A DNA stretch of 64,000 nucleotides from Octopus sinensis. Its lineage: Eukaryota. The notes under the pieces are model-generated. The model was not told the origin of the DNA. It searched no databases and worked only from the letters and a program-made list of their open reading frames with translations. The position numbers were made by a program, and so were the translations under genes. The DNA is taken from positions 30,814,001-30,878,000 of the forward strand of contig NC_043017.1 in assembly GCF_006345805.1 (NCBI RefSeq). Direction: 5' to 3'. Shown here in pieces: positions 27,031 through 40,469 of the stretch. How positions within the stretch are numbered: position 1 is the first letter of the stretch; each line of letters starts with the position of its first letter.

Positions 27031-28044
27031 TATAATTAATGCAACTGAAATAGTTGTGTCGAAAGAAAAATATTTCAGAATCTTACCCTGTATTGCTGTT
27101 CTCACTTACCACACCGTGTTGATGAGAACTTGTCACATATTCCTTGTCAAAAGAGAATAAAGGGACCAGTCAACCGAGTCTGGTCGATGAGCTGCTGGAT
27201 ATTTTCAGGATGCAATGAAGATAATCGGGTAACAACATAGCGTACTGAAAGTTGCATCTTGTGAGGTTGTTGCCAAGATCAGATGCGGTTACTGGATGCT
27301 GTTGGGTATCGCTAGGTTGGGCATTCGGTCGAAGAAAATATGTCACAATGGGACATATAAGTGAGATGTGATTCGCCGGTGCCCTCATGAATTCAATAAC
27401 TCCGAATAAGAAATCAACTGGATCATTACGACAGGTATTTCTCAAGCCATTTTGAAAAATGTATATAGAATGCTGAAGATAAGGGAGAGTGCTCTGCTAA
27501 GGAATATGATAATATATTATAAAATCATCATTCAGTGCAAGGAACCGTAAGGAATTCTTTGCGGTGAATGCTATTGCTGCATTTCTAATGCCGTGTTAAC
27601 CAACATTTTTATCTTACAAAATTTTTAACACTTCATTAGTTTGCTGCCACGACACGTTCAGAACGATAGAATTTTTCATCCAGTGAGGAAAAATACATCT
27701 CTTACCAAAAATACATCACTTACTAATTAGAAGCAATGATTTTCCCGCGTTGAACTATTTTTTCGTTTTAGGCGATCTAATCAGAATATTCCGACGTTGC
27801 TTTAACAATCACTTCAGGATTATATGTAATATTTATATTCAATGTTGGATACTATTTCCGTGCCCACGACAGGGAGCACCTCCAGTTTTGTTTTCAGACC
27901 CTATGGTGTGTTAAGGGGTGCATAGCCATGGTAACAAACACCGGGACAAACATTGCGTCTGGGTTGGATACCTGTCCATACTCTCTAAAGATGGTGTCTG
28001 CTATCCAGCCGTCGACATTCTCCTTGATGTTATTTAGAATGGCA

Positions 28045-28430
28045 GTGGAGGCGCAATGGCCCAGTGGTTAGGGCAGCGGACTCGCGGTCATAGGATCGCG
28101 ATTTCGATTCCCAGACCGGGCGTTGTGAGTGTTTATTGAGTGAAAACACCTAAAGCTGCACGAGGCTCCGGCAGGGGATGGTGGTGATCCCTGCTGTACT
28201 CTTTCACCGCAACTTTCTCTCACTCTTACTTCCTGTTTCTGTTGTACCTGTATTTCAAAGGGCCGGCCATGTCACTCTCTGTGTCACGCTGAATATCCCC
28301 GAGAACTACGTTAAGGGTACACGTGTCTGTGGAGTGCTCAGCCACTTACACGTTAATTTCACGAGCAGCCTGTTCCGTTGATTCGGATCAACCGGAACCC
28401 TCGTCGTCGTAACCGACGGAGTGCTTCCAT
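28045..28430 (+). mobile_element. SINE group B, tail type 1
   Basis: Near-identical to 13854-14230. Confidence 0.9.
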
Positions 28431-28612
28431 CCAGAATAGCACTCGTTTGCTTCATTCCCAAGTACGTTGACACAAATTCATTGGCAGGTTTCTCGTATAT
28501 TTCAAGATATTACTGAGCCTCATCCATTTTTTCCTTCATAGAAATTTGAAAAACATTAGGGAATTCCAGGAGCAAAATCATTCATATTTCAATATAGTCG
28601 GGCGCAAATACC

Positions 28613-28631
28613 ACTACTACTACTACTACTA

Positions 28632-28677
<46 letters not shown>

Positions 28678-28693
28678 TCTTCTGCTGCTGCTG

Positions 28694-28747
<54 letters not shown>

Positions 28748-28761
28748 TTCTTCTGCTGCTG

Positions 28762-28799
<38 letters not shown>

Positions 28800-28847
28800 T
28801 CTTCTGCTGCTGAAACTACTACTGTTGCTGCTCCTGCTGCTGCTTCT

Positions 28848-28882
<35 letters not shown>

Positions 28883-28950
28883 TACTACTAATACTACTAC
28901 TACTGCTGCTGCTGCTGCTACTACTACTGCTGATTCTGCTGCTGCTACTG

Positions 28951-29023
<73 letters not shown>

Positions 29024-29075
29024 GTCTGCTGCTGCTACTACTACTACTATTGTTATTACTACTACTACTGCTGCT
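28613..29075. repeat. Compound (CTA/CTG/CTT)n microsatellite
   Basis: Directly visible. Confidence 0.95.
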
Positions 29076-29079
29076 GATT

Positions 29080-29218
29080 CCATCGACCCCGGTGCTCATC
29101 TGGTATTTATTTTCTCGACTCGAAAGGATGAAAAGTAAATTCGACCCAGATGGAGTCTGAACTCAGAACGTAGGCATTTCTCCAGGCGTGCTAACGATTC
29201 TGCCAGCTCGCCGCCTTA
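29080..29218 (-). mobile_element. SINE group C, diverged
   Basis: Head GGCGGCGAGCTGGCAGAATCGTTAGCAC and core on the minus strand. Confidence 0.75.
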
Positions 29219-29250
29219 CTAATAATAATAATAATAACAACAACAACAAC

Positions 29251-29295
<45 letters not shown>

Positions 29296-29301
<6 letters not shown>

Positions 29302-29657
29302 TGCTTAGTAATTGATGTATCAATACCAGCAAAGAAATGGAGAAACTTTCAAAATACAAAGACCTGGAAATAGAGGTAACCAGAAAGTGGAATGTAAAAG
29401 ACAGAAACAATTCCTATCATAGTAGGTGCATTAGGCATGATAAAAACATATTCAGACAAATACATAACAAAAACACCGGGACTTACAAACACATGTAACA
29501 TAAAGAAAATTGCACTACTAGGCACTGCACATCCTACGCAGAACACTCTCCATACAGTAACCATCAGAGCATCACAACAAACCATAGCACATACCCAAGG
29601 CACACAGAGCTGCGCTCGGTAGTGAAGGGATAGCACGCTATAAAAATAAAACTGCTG
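29296..29657 (+). mobile_element. 3' end of an R4/Dong-like non-LTR retrotransposon (restriction-like endonuclease domain), family 1
   Basis: KKCLVIDVSIPA..EMEKLSKYKDLEIEVTRKW..TETIPIIVGALGMIK...IALLGTAH, with frameshifts. (AAT)n on both sides. Confidence 0.85.
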
Positions 29658-29694
29658 AATAATAATAATAATCGCTAACTTCATGCAATACAAG

Positions 29695-30013
29695 GATACC
29701 AGGCACTGGTTCCATGGCATCTCATGGCAGTTGTTTGACCGTAAAACGTTGTGAGTGTCCCTTGGTGTTTGACAATATGTGCCTCTCTGATCATGGGCAG
29801 GAGTAGTGGGTGGGTACATCATAGGCGTGTGTTGAGAGGAATCCTTTGGGCTTTGGATAATTGCCCTCTGGAAACATGGGTGTTTCGTTCAACGTTCTTA
29901 AACAACGCTTATTCATTGTTCTTTTGAGCAGAATGGCTACTTCAGCTGAAGTAAATTCTAACTGGGTTCTACCTGCAAAGTCATATGCTGTTTATCTTGA
30001 TATGTGATCATGC

Positions 30014-30091
<78 letters not shown>

Positions 30092-30318
30092 CAAAATATT
30101 AATGATAGTAATAAACGTCCTAAAGTAATACCAGGCATTGGTTCTCATGGCTTCTAATCTTAACTGATTGGAAGTGTTATAATGTACATGCTTTTGTATT
30201 GGTTTAAAAGATGGGCTACAACAGATATTCTGCTCAACACCACAGATTTGCTAGTCAATTATTATTATCTTGGTATGGTAAAAATGAGATGTCAGAAACA
30301 CCTAGATAACATCCCAGT
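29695..30318. mobile_element. Two degenerate partial copies of the (AAT)n-associated non-coding element X
   Basis: 29695-30013 and 30130-30318 align to 31298-31837 and are separated by (AAT)n. Confidence 0.7.
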
Positions 30319-30597
30319 AGAACTATATATCACAGATATCTGGAAGATTGTGTTGACAAGTTTCGCCCACTTCTATAATGATCCTATGAAATCAAATTAA
30401 ATGTTTTGTGTCGTGTTCAATTATATGAATGCCTTCAGTAATATCGTTCCCAATGCGCCTCTTAAAATTTCAGTTATATATAAATATCACTTAAACCTCA
30501 CTTGCCCTAGGGCAGTGTATGTGACACGACAAGTGATTATGTCAAACATGCAACTTAAAGCAAATTATTAATAATGATGATAATAATAATGATGATG

Positions 30598-30661
<64 letters not shown>

Positions 30662-30730
30662 TAATAATAATAATAATAAAATATAATAATAATAATAATA
30701 ATAATATAAAATAATAATAATAATAATATA

Positions 30731-30769
<39 letters not shown>

Positions 30770-30775
30770 TAATAA

Positions 30776-31205
30776 GTACTCCCTGTGATCACAATATAGC
30801 AGCAAAAGACTGACATGATCAGTAAATATAAAAACTTGCTAAAAGAAATTGAAAAAATGTGGCATCTCAAGGCGACTACAGTACCAGTGATTGTAGGATC
30901 TCAAGGAATGATATAAAAAAGGTACTGAAACCTATTTGAAAATGATACCAGACTTACCATCCCTACAGGAAGTACAAAAGATCGTGTTAACTGGAACGGC
31001 TCATGTACTGAGAAGAGCATTATTGCTGTGAAAACAACATCCATTCATGAATTTATTTATTTATTAATTTTTAAATACATGTGAATTTTAACCTGTGAAT
31101 TTGCGTGTGTATTCTGGGAATGCATAGAATGAGCTTCTCTGCCCTAGGTGTATGGAAAACACTCGGCGAGAAACGGAAGAAAATTTGAAGAAAGAAGGAA
31201 AAGAC

Positions 31206-31207
<2 letters not shown>
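30776..31207 (+). mobile_element. 3' end of an R4/Dong-like element, family 2
   Basis: ISKYKNLLKEIEKMWHLKATTVPVIVGSQGM...IPDLPSLQEVQKIVLTGTAHVLRRALL*. (AAT)n on both sides. Confidence 0.85.
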
Positions 31208-31263
<56 letters not shown>

Positions 31264-31297
31264 TAATAATAATAATGATAATAATAATAATAATGAT

Positions 31298-31837
31298 AAA
31301 TGCCCTGATGCAGTACCAGGCAGTGGCTCTCATGGCTTCTGATCTTAACTGATTGGAAGTGTTATCATGTACATTGTTTTGTCTTGGTATAAAAGATGGG
31401 CTACAGCAAATATTCTGCTCAATACCACAGATTTGCTTGTCAGTTGTTTGACCTTAACCAGTTGAGCTTGTCTCTTAGTGGTTGACGATATGTGCATCTC
31501 TGATCACGAGCAGAAGTAGTGGGGGAGCATCATAGCCATGTGTTGAGAGGGATTCTTTGGGGTTTGAATAGTTCACCTCTGGAAACATGGGTGGTTCTTT
31601 CAACATCCTTAAACAACCCTTATTCAGGGACCTTTTGAGCGGGATGGGCTACTCAACCTGAAGAAAATTCTAACTGGGCCCCACCTGCAAGGTCATGTGC
31701 TGTTTATCTTGATATAAGATCACTATGTCGCGCACATATGGTTGTGATGCATGTGCCTGGTGTACCTTTATCAGACGGGTAGTCATGATGGGTATATTGG
31801 GCTTCGTATATTTTACCCCAGGGTCACTTTTTCACTC
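31298..31837. mobile_element. Non-coding ~540-bp element X flanked by (AAT)n
   Basis: AAATGCCCTGATGCAGTACCAGG...CACTC. Same ends as 58025-58582. Confidence 0.85.
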
Positions 31838-32229
31838 AATAATAATAATAATGATAATAATAATAATAATAATATGAAGAGGAAGAAGAAGAAAAATAGA
31901 AGAAGTAGAAGCAGAAGAAGTAGAAGAAGAAGAAGGAAAAGAAGAAGAAGAAGAAGAAGAAGAAGAAGAAGGAGAAGAAGAAGAAGAAGAAGAAGAAGAA
32001 GAAGAAGAAGAAGAAGAAGAAGAAGAAGAAGAATTTGGAGAAAAGAGAAGTTGGAGAAAGACGAAAAGAAGGAGGTTTTATAATAAGAATTGCCACACCA
32101 CAAATAATAACAACCGCACAAATATTCCTTTCAAATTATTGCAAATGATAAAGGTGCGAATACACTTCTTTAAATAAGGGATTTTGGAGAATGTGACTTA
32201 AGACCCGATCCTACCTGCACAGCGCAATA

Positions 32230-32770
32230 TAACACAACCAGAACAAGATGCATTGGGTAATATGCATCAATAATGAAATTATTTTGGCTGCATGTGGAAT
32301 GTCTGTTGAAAGCGAAAGTAGTATAACCGTATAATCTCTGAATGCAATTTACTTCCTCAGCGGATTTGAATAACGTGAGACATGACAGAGCTCTTATAAT
32401 TATTTCTTGTATATGCAAATATGTTAAAATTTGTTTATACTGGAAACATGTCATGATTATGAAGCAGAACACGCCCTGGTGAATTACCACAGTTAGGTAA
32501 TGTAGAATATGGATATCAAATGGGTATCTGTATCCATATCCGTCCTGATATTGCCATTTTCAATGAACAGGAAATATCGTTTTGTATTATTGATGTCTTT
32601 TGACATTTGATAACAGCATATCAGGAAATGAACTTATGTAAGCAGAAAAAACACCAGGAATTATCCTACAATAACAAGAGAATTTGGAATTGCAACAACA
32701 ATTGTATCAAAAGCGTATCAATTGTAATAAGAAATTTAGAGACAGAGGCATGGAAATTAAATGGTTAGTG
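32230..32770 (+). mobile_element. Highly degenerate R4/Dong-like ORF C-terminus
   Basis: Ordered motifs IISECNLL, RHDR, IRPDIAIF...CIIDV and KRIWNC...IVI match the zinc-knuckle/RHD/PD..D endonuclease region. Many stops. Confidence 0.65.
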
Positions 32771-33339
32771 GAATATATTGTATTTCGTAGCGGATTTCCG
32801 TACTTCCCTGAAGGTTTCTGTTTGGCGTAAAAAAATCATATAGCAAGTGCTAGGTACTTAGGGCTGAAGAATGGGGTTTGATGTTTTGCATTTCCAAACC
32901 GGAAGTACAACAATGCGACATTGAATGTACAGAAATAAATTATCATTGCAAAGTCACAAGTTGCTGGAAATGATGAAATGAATGCGATGCTCGTTGAAGA
33001 GAAAGATTTCAAATACACGTTGTAAAATACGCAGTCACGCTATACGTAGCCCAGTCGACTGATGAGAGGCCTTATGAAACTAAAATAGGAATTTATTTAT
33101 AGAATTATAAATATACATAAAGACTTCAGTAGAAATGAGTGACTAATATAGTGAACATACAAAGATCGGAACAAGACATTTCTTAAACAGGTAACTCAAC
33201 ACAAAATATACTTACCAATCCATAGAGGCGTGAGTATGCGCTGGTCATTTAGAACATCGGTGAGTTTATTTTTTCCACCAGTTATTACTTGAAGCGTTGC
33301 TTGGTACGAATAAACAGACCCCGTTAATGATTTTCTGTT

Positions 33340-33565
33340 ATAGAAAACAACCCGGCATTAGGTTAAACCAGCATCTCGAAACCAAACACATGGATTGCAT
33401 TGTTAGGGCTCGGCTTCGTGCAGAGTGTTGTGAGGGAATCAAGGCCGCAGGATGGGCCCGAGTGGTGGAAGCCCAACGCGGTAATGATACCACAATCCGA
33501 TCTTTGATGAACCAACAATGTAAGTTGATAGACGAGCCAGAGCAGATGTGTGAGGCTTTCAATAT
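33340..33565 (+). mobile_element. L1/Tx1-like LINE fragment
   Basis: CIVRARLRA..EGIKAAGWARVVEAQRGNDTTIRSL...MCEAF resembles the linker between endonuclease and RT in Tx1-like ORF2 (from recall). Confidence 0.45.
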
Positions 33566-34384
33566 TCATATTAACATGTCCCTCTTCTTGCTTCGTCGAT
33601 GTTTCGTCAGAGTAATCTAAGCAGCAATGCAATGTCGTGTCAACTTTCTTCCCTAATTCCGATCCTTTGGTTGACTGACAATTTGGACGTATATCTACTA
33701 AGTCATTCCATACTTGTTGGTTTGTTTTTCTTCTTTTCTTAACTATTCGGGACAGAAAGGTCAAATATGGCGCATGGGTCTTCTGCCATACACATCATTT
33801 ATCATTTTATTCTGAAATGGATTCAACATTTGTAGGATCGTAATGGCTGCAACCACCAAAACTCCAGATAGAGTGTTACGAAGTGTTAATATGACTACCA
33901 GCTGTCATAATTAGTTCCATGATGTCCTTGTTTTCTATGTATAACCGCTGGCAAAGGTGTGAATTTTAGCAAATAAAACCTTCTCGTGTTTTCGTTCCTA
34001 CTCCTCGAAATTTATTTAAACAGTATCTGTAGCGTACCTTATTCAACTGACGAATTAATCACTCATATAAGGCTAATACTTTTTTGGATTCGCTTTCAGA
34101 AAGTCAACATGCAGAAACTCCTGTTCTCATGAAGTGTATTTTCGCCAAGTTTCGCCATCTCCTCTTTTAGAATAATTTAATCAAAAGGAGAGAGCTACCT
34201 TTAATACATTCAGGTAGAATTTACATATAAAAGGTGATTACCTAAATTAAAAACGTCCCTGCATATAGTGGGGCTCTCGAACGTGTATAGAAAATTTGGT
34301 GCCGCTATCGCTGACTCTCGCATAATTTTAGGAAATATTCGCATGTAAATTCATATTTAAATCAGGAATTCGAAATTGTTCTCC

Positions 34385-35385
<1,001 letters not shown>

Positions 35386-36870
35386 TTAACTAACAAGGAA
35401 AAGAAAATACACTTTACTATTGCTAGACAAACAATTATTTAAGCTACTTTACAGTAACCGGTCATAATGACTTTACAGGTTGCTCAGGGATAGATCACAT
35501 GTAATGTGGTATTGTATCGAACAGTGTGTATAGATGCACTGAGAAGCTACAACGTTCATATTTCCATAATCCTTTCTGATTTCACATTTTCTTTTTAATT
35601 ATACATATTAGAATTCTTCAAACTTTGTAAATGCAAAAATAACATGATTCTAGAATGAAAAATCATTAAATAAATTGCTTTAAACTTCACTGTAATTGAA
35701 AATTATTTTTGAAATATCGAATTCCAGAATCAATAATTGTAGTGGAATAAATAATCGGCTCTTGCTGCCAAGAATGGTTTAACAGAAGACAAGATGAAAA
35801 TTGCGTTACAAACTTCGCTCATTCGTTTCACTCTTCTCAGCGTCAAGAAGAATAAAAATTAACAGCGACATTTTGGATGCAATTAAATTAAAATTTGTCT
35901 ATATGGTTTCATCTCCTTGACGCCTTCAGCTGAAAAATATCCCTTAAATAACATGTTGTAATAAAAAGGATACGTTTGATAATGTATTCTTTGATTCATC
36001 AGCACTGAATAAAAATAAAATGGATGGTCAATCTGACCTGGAGTTAAACAATATCGTTAACAGCACAAGCAATAGCTACAGCAAAAATTGTATCGGGCAT
36101 ATCAAAACTTTCGTTCACCAGCGGCGGCTTCACTGTCGGAACTTTATGCAAATGTTATAGGAATAATTAAATTATTTACAAACTAGGATCGGATTTTCTC
36201 TGAAGAAGCAAATTAATTTTGTGAAATGTAATGTTACCTAGCAGGATCCATGGAAATAGGATGTATTCGAAATATTTTCGCTTTTCTTCTGATGCATAAA
36301 TTTACATATGTCCATTGTTTCGATATATTAAAGATTTTAATTATGCGCTTGATTTCGTTGCATTCTTAATGTTTATTGCGTATCAACTGAACCTTTCCCT
36401 TTATTTTATAGATTTTGAAATTTTAGGGGTTTTTCATGCATAAAACCCAATCTTTGATTATATTTTATAATTCAGTTTATCTTTGATTTCAATAGATGTA
36501 AGTCATCGCTTTCAATCCCGCTGATCTACAAACAATAATAAATTGTTCGTAGATATCAGCACTGATCAACGGAAAATCAGTTTGCTGACATTACAAACAA
36601 GGCAATATGCCAATGTTAGATTCTTTGGTTCGAGTGCTTCTATCCTACGAGACACACGTGCCGAATCGCTTGTATTTCAGTATCCTGCGACGCGTATGAA
36701 CATATATTCGACTTGAACGAAAAAAATACGCTCCTGTGACCCACACAACGGCGATTAGCGTATTCATGTTTGAATCTGCAGGAATACATTGACTTAAACA
36801 TTTAGCATACGGACATATACGTTTACATATCTATATGTAATATATGTATAAGTTATGTACACATATCTGT

Positions 36871-37205
<335 letters not shown>

Positions 37206-37704
37206 TCTAGGAAGAAGAATAACATACTTTAACAGTAGATCACAACATCATATTTATTTGCAGCACACATCATATTTAAGTTGCTGAGTTAATATTTTAT
37301 ATACCATAAAAGAAGCTCATATTTCAATACTTCAATATTTTTCACTAACAGCGGTTTCTGGACGCTTCGTCGGATGCAGTGCAATCCATTCCCTTCCGAT
37401 TTTTGTGAATACATCGCATACCCAGAGTATTCGGAAAAATCGAACAGGAATAAACCGTATTCTACCGGGTGAGGTGCCCGTACACGGATGTTGTTGAACA
37501 ATATCCAGCCATATAGTAATTATAAAGTATGGTCTTCTATAGTGGCATATGGACATGGACTCGTCTACTGAAAGCTGCCGTGCGTTGCAGAAACAAATGT
37601 AATGCCCTACTAATAAAACTTGTTATCTTCCATTCTTGTGTTATCTTCCATTCTAATATATCTATTTCTTGTAATATTGTTTCCGAATTTTGGTACAAGA
37701 TCAA

Positions 37705-37890
37705 TGACTTCAGGGGAGGAGTCTTAGTCGATTATATCGACCCCAGTATTCAACAGTTTACTAATTTTATCGATGGGAAAGGATGAAAGGCGAAGTCAAC
37801 TCCAGCGACATTTGAATTCCGAACGTAAATTCGGAAGGAATGCCGCTAAGCATTTTCCCCGACGCAGTAAAATCTATGGCAGCTAACCGC
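37705..37890 (-). mobile_element. SINE group C, diverged
   Basis: Core and head on the minus strand. Confidence 0.7.
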
Positions 37891-38102
37891 TTTTATTTCT
37901 TCTAATATTAATAACTTATTTTTGCGAAGAATACTGTAGAGGAATAATCTTGTGTTATTTGGTTTAGTGTAAAGCGATTCAGCCTATCCTCAGCCTAAAT
38001 GCACTGTGAGTTCTCGTAACGATGTATGGTTGATTTATTACACACATGTGAGTGAGAACACTTTGAGATATTTTTGGTATCTAACATATGTCAGATACTG
38101 CG

Positions 38103-38258
38103 AGCGCTGCTTCTGATTGGTCAATCCATGGTGATGACCCGAGGTCACGGTGACAGCGCTGCTTCTGATTGGTCAATTCATGGTGATGACCCGAGGTCAC
38201 GGTGACAGCGCTGCTTCTGATTGGTCAATTCATGGTGATGACCCGAGGTCACGGTGAC
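38103..38258. repeat. Tandem repeat, 3 x 52 bp
   Basis: AGCGCTGCTTCTGATTGGTCAATTCATGGTGATGACCCGAGGTCACGGTGAC at 38103, 38155 and 38207, with one substitution. Confidence 0.95.
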
Positions 38259-38354
38259 GGCACTACTTTTGTCACTCATAAGTTACAACTAAACGTGAAG
38301 AATTTAGTTATTGGGTTAATAAAATATGGTCGTTTATTCGTGTGTAATAAATAA

Positions 38355-38498
38355 AATACCAAACTCATTCCCTATGGATACCGTATTTATTACAACTCGT
38401 GGCTTGTACACGTATCGAACGAGCGAAAGCGAGTGAGATACGTTTACAAGCCACTCGTTGTAATAAATACGGTATCCATAGGGAATGAGTTTGGTATT
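38355..38498. repeat. Hairpin with ~62-bp arms (MITE/fold-back-like)
   Basis: Arms 38355-38416 / 38437-38498. Loop GAACGAGCGAAAGCGAGTGA. Confidence 0.9.
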
Positions 38499-39909
38499 CT
38501 CTATATAACACACGGATTGCTGCAGTTTGCAGGATTACAATTGGGTTTCTAATTCCAGTTGTTCAAAGTTACCCCTCTTCAGTGAATTACACGCTTGCGG
38601 CTTCCTCTTAATTAGAAAACTCTTATTATACTCTTTTTGTATGGCATTCATAGTAATTTGCGCCAGATCATGCTGTGATGCAATGCATTTTATAACCTAG
38701 TGTCCGTGGGTTTGGATATGTTCCTTTATTCTTAGTTCATATGTATTCCATTAATGATACAGGTTTAAGTGCGGTTAGATTATTATAAATGTAGCGTCTG
38801 CTGTATTCGCCGTATTTCCGCTTACGTTGTTCTATGTTTTAATCTATCAGTTTGTAAGAAGAGCTGCCTTTGAATAACGTGTGTTTATTCTGTGGACTTC
38901 TGTAACTAATGTGTTATTTGCGGAAGAGAATCTAAATGGTATTCTAATTAGAGATTTTATCATTGACATTGTGTATTTGTGTGGAAATTTGCTGTCTCAT
39001 CGTAACCATATGCATCATTCTGAATTGTTGGTCGAAACGAGAAGCGTCTGGTAAATATCTGTTTATATATAGAAATAGAATCATTGATGTTTTAACTTTC
39101 TTTTGTTTATTGATATTGCTGTGTCTAATTCCTCGTGAAAGAGATGTCTGAATATTATGATGAGCTGATCAAGAGCATATATGATTTAATAAAAGTTTCT
39201 TACTTGCTGCTATATCGCTATCTTCACTAAATGTAAAACTTCCGTTTATACGTTTTCTCTATCCTGAGTTGTTGTGAGTATCCGTCTTTTTGTCATTTCT
39301 TCCGGAATTCAGTCGTACATTTTGCGTGGTTTTTCTTTTAATTGTATTTTCGTTTCGTGTCGTTTTATATTTTTATCATTTTATATATATATAAAGAACA
39401 GAATTTTCATTCTTTGAAGATATTGTGCTGAAACAAAATACTTCCAGTTTTATCTTTTTATCGACAGAATTCCGGAAGAAATTGATCGACAGATAACTAT
39501 ACAAAACAACACAGGATATAGAAAAAGGATAAACGGAAATTTTTCAGTTAAAGAAAGATATCAAAAATCAGTAAATAGGAAACATTTATTAAACAATATA
39601 TTCACTCATCTTCATAATATACAGACATCTTTCATGACGAATTAGACACTGAATTATAAATACACAAAGCAAACTCTTTGGAGAAAATTTTAAAAAAACA
39701 AAGATGTTCGTTTTCCTGAATATATATTCCTCAACCTTTCGCAAAATATACGCGTTCCAGCCTAACATGTGATGCTAAAATTCACTGCTAAGAAGGTGAA
39801 ATCAATGTGTTCAATCCATCCTTATATTTCATTCAGTTAACATCGTTATATATAGACGACACGGTAAATTTTTACGGTTCACTGACAGAAAAAGAACTTC
39901 GGTCTTTTC

Positions 39910-40230
39910 GCATGGAATGAAGTAACCTGACCTTCTAATATGCTACAAACGCCTTTGTTTTTTTCGGAAAACAGGGGTTGGTGAGAAGCATTCGTAAATG
40001 CATTTTTTGTTTTTTCGTTGAATGAACTACGGTGACCTCCTAATATGCCACAAAAGACTTTTTTGTCGGGAAAGCGCTGGGGAGTGGAGTGGAACCATCG
40101 GAAATTTCACCCCGACCCAAATTCAGTGAAAATCTTTTTTTTGTCGCGATTTTTCTTGTGCAATAAAAAAAAGCTGCCCAAATAAGCTGCAAGTGGGGTG
40201 GAGGTCGATGAATCTTATATATACCCGGTG
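39910..40230. promoter_or_regulatory. Candidate promoter/enhancer with two DR4+CArG-like composites, NF-kB-like, C/EBP and TATA motifs
   Basis: TGAAGT-N4-TGACCT at 39918, TGAACT-N4-TGACCT at 40023, GGAAATTTCACCCC at 40100, TTGTGCAAT at 40156, CCAAATAAGC at 40178, TATATATA at 40216. Motif evidence only. Confidence 0.4.
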
Positions 40231-40469
40231 ACTTAAAAGTAGATGTGATGTGTAAGAAAGAAAAACAAAACATTTAACAAAAGGAAAGTATAATATTAAA
40301 ACAAAATAGCTATTTCATACATCTTTAAATCAGTAATCCAGGCTGCAGCGTGTTTCAGAAGTAAAAAATCACCTTAATCTAAGTTTTCCCTCCAAAATTA
40401 GTTTCATTTTCGTCTGGGTAGGTTGGAGAATTAGAGTTTCCTTCATCACAAAACCTCGCAAAGCTAAGT

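Noticed and set aside
28546-29160. 204-aa poly-T/poly-L ORF and similar homopolymer ORFs (23874, 31751, 44944)
   Set aside because: Trinucleotide repeats are stop-free in several frames, and no flanking protein domain is present.
37289-37556. Overlapping 70-74 aa minus-strand ORFs in a CpG-containing patch
   Set aside because: No family motif recognised and too short to call.
38103-38258. CRISPR-like array
   Set aside because: Units are contiguous with no unique spacers, and the context is eukaryotic.
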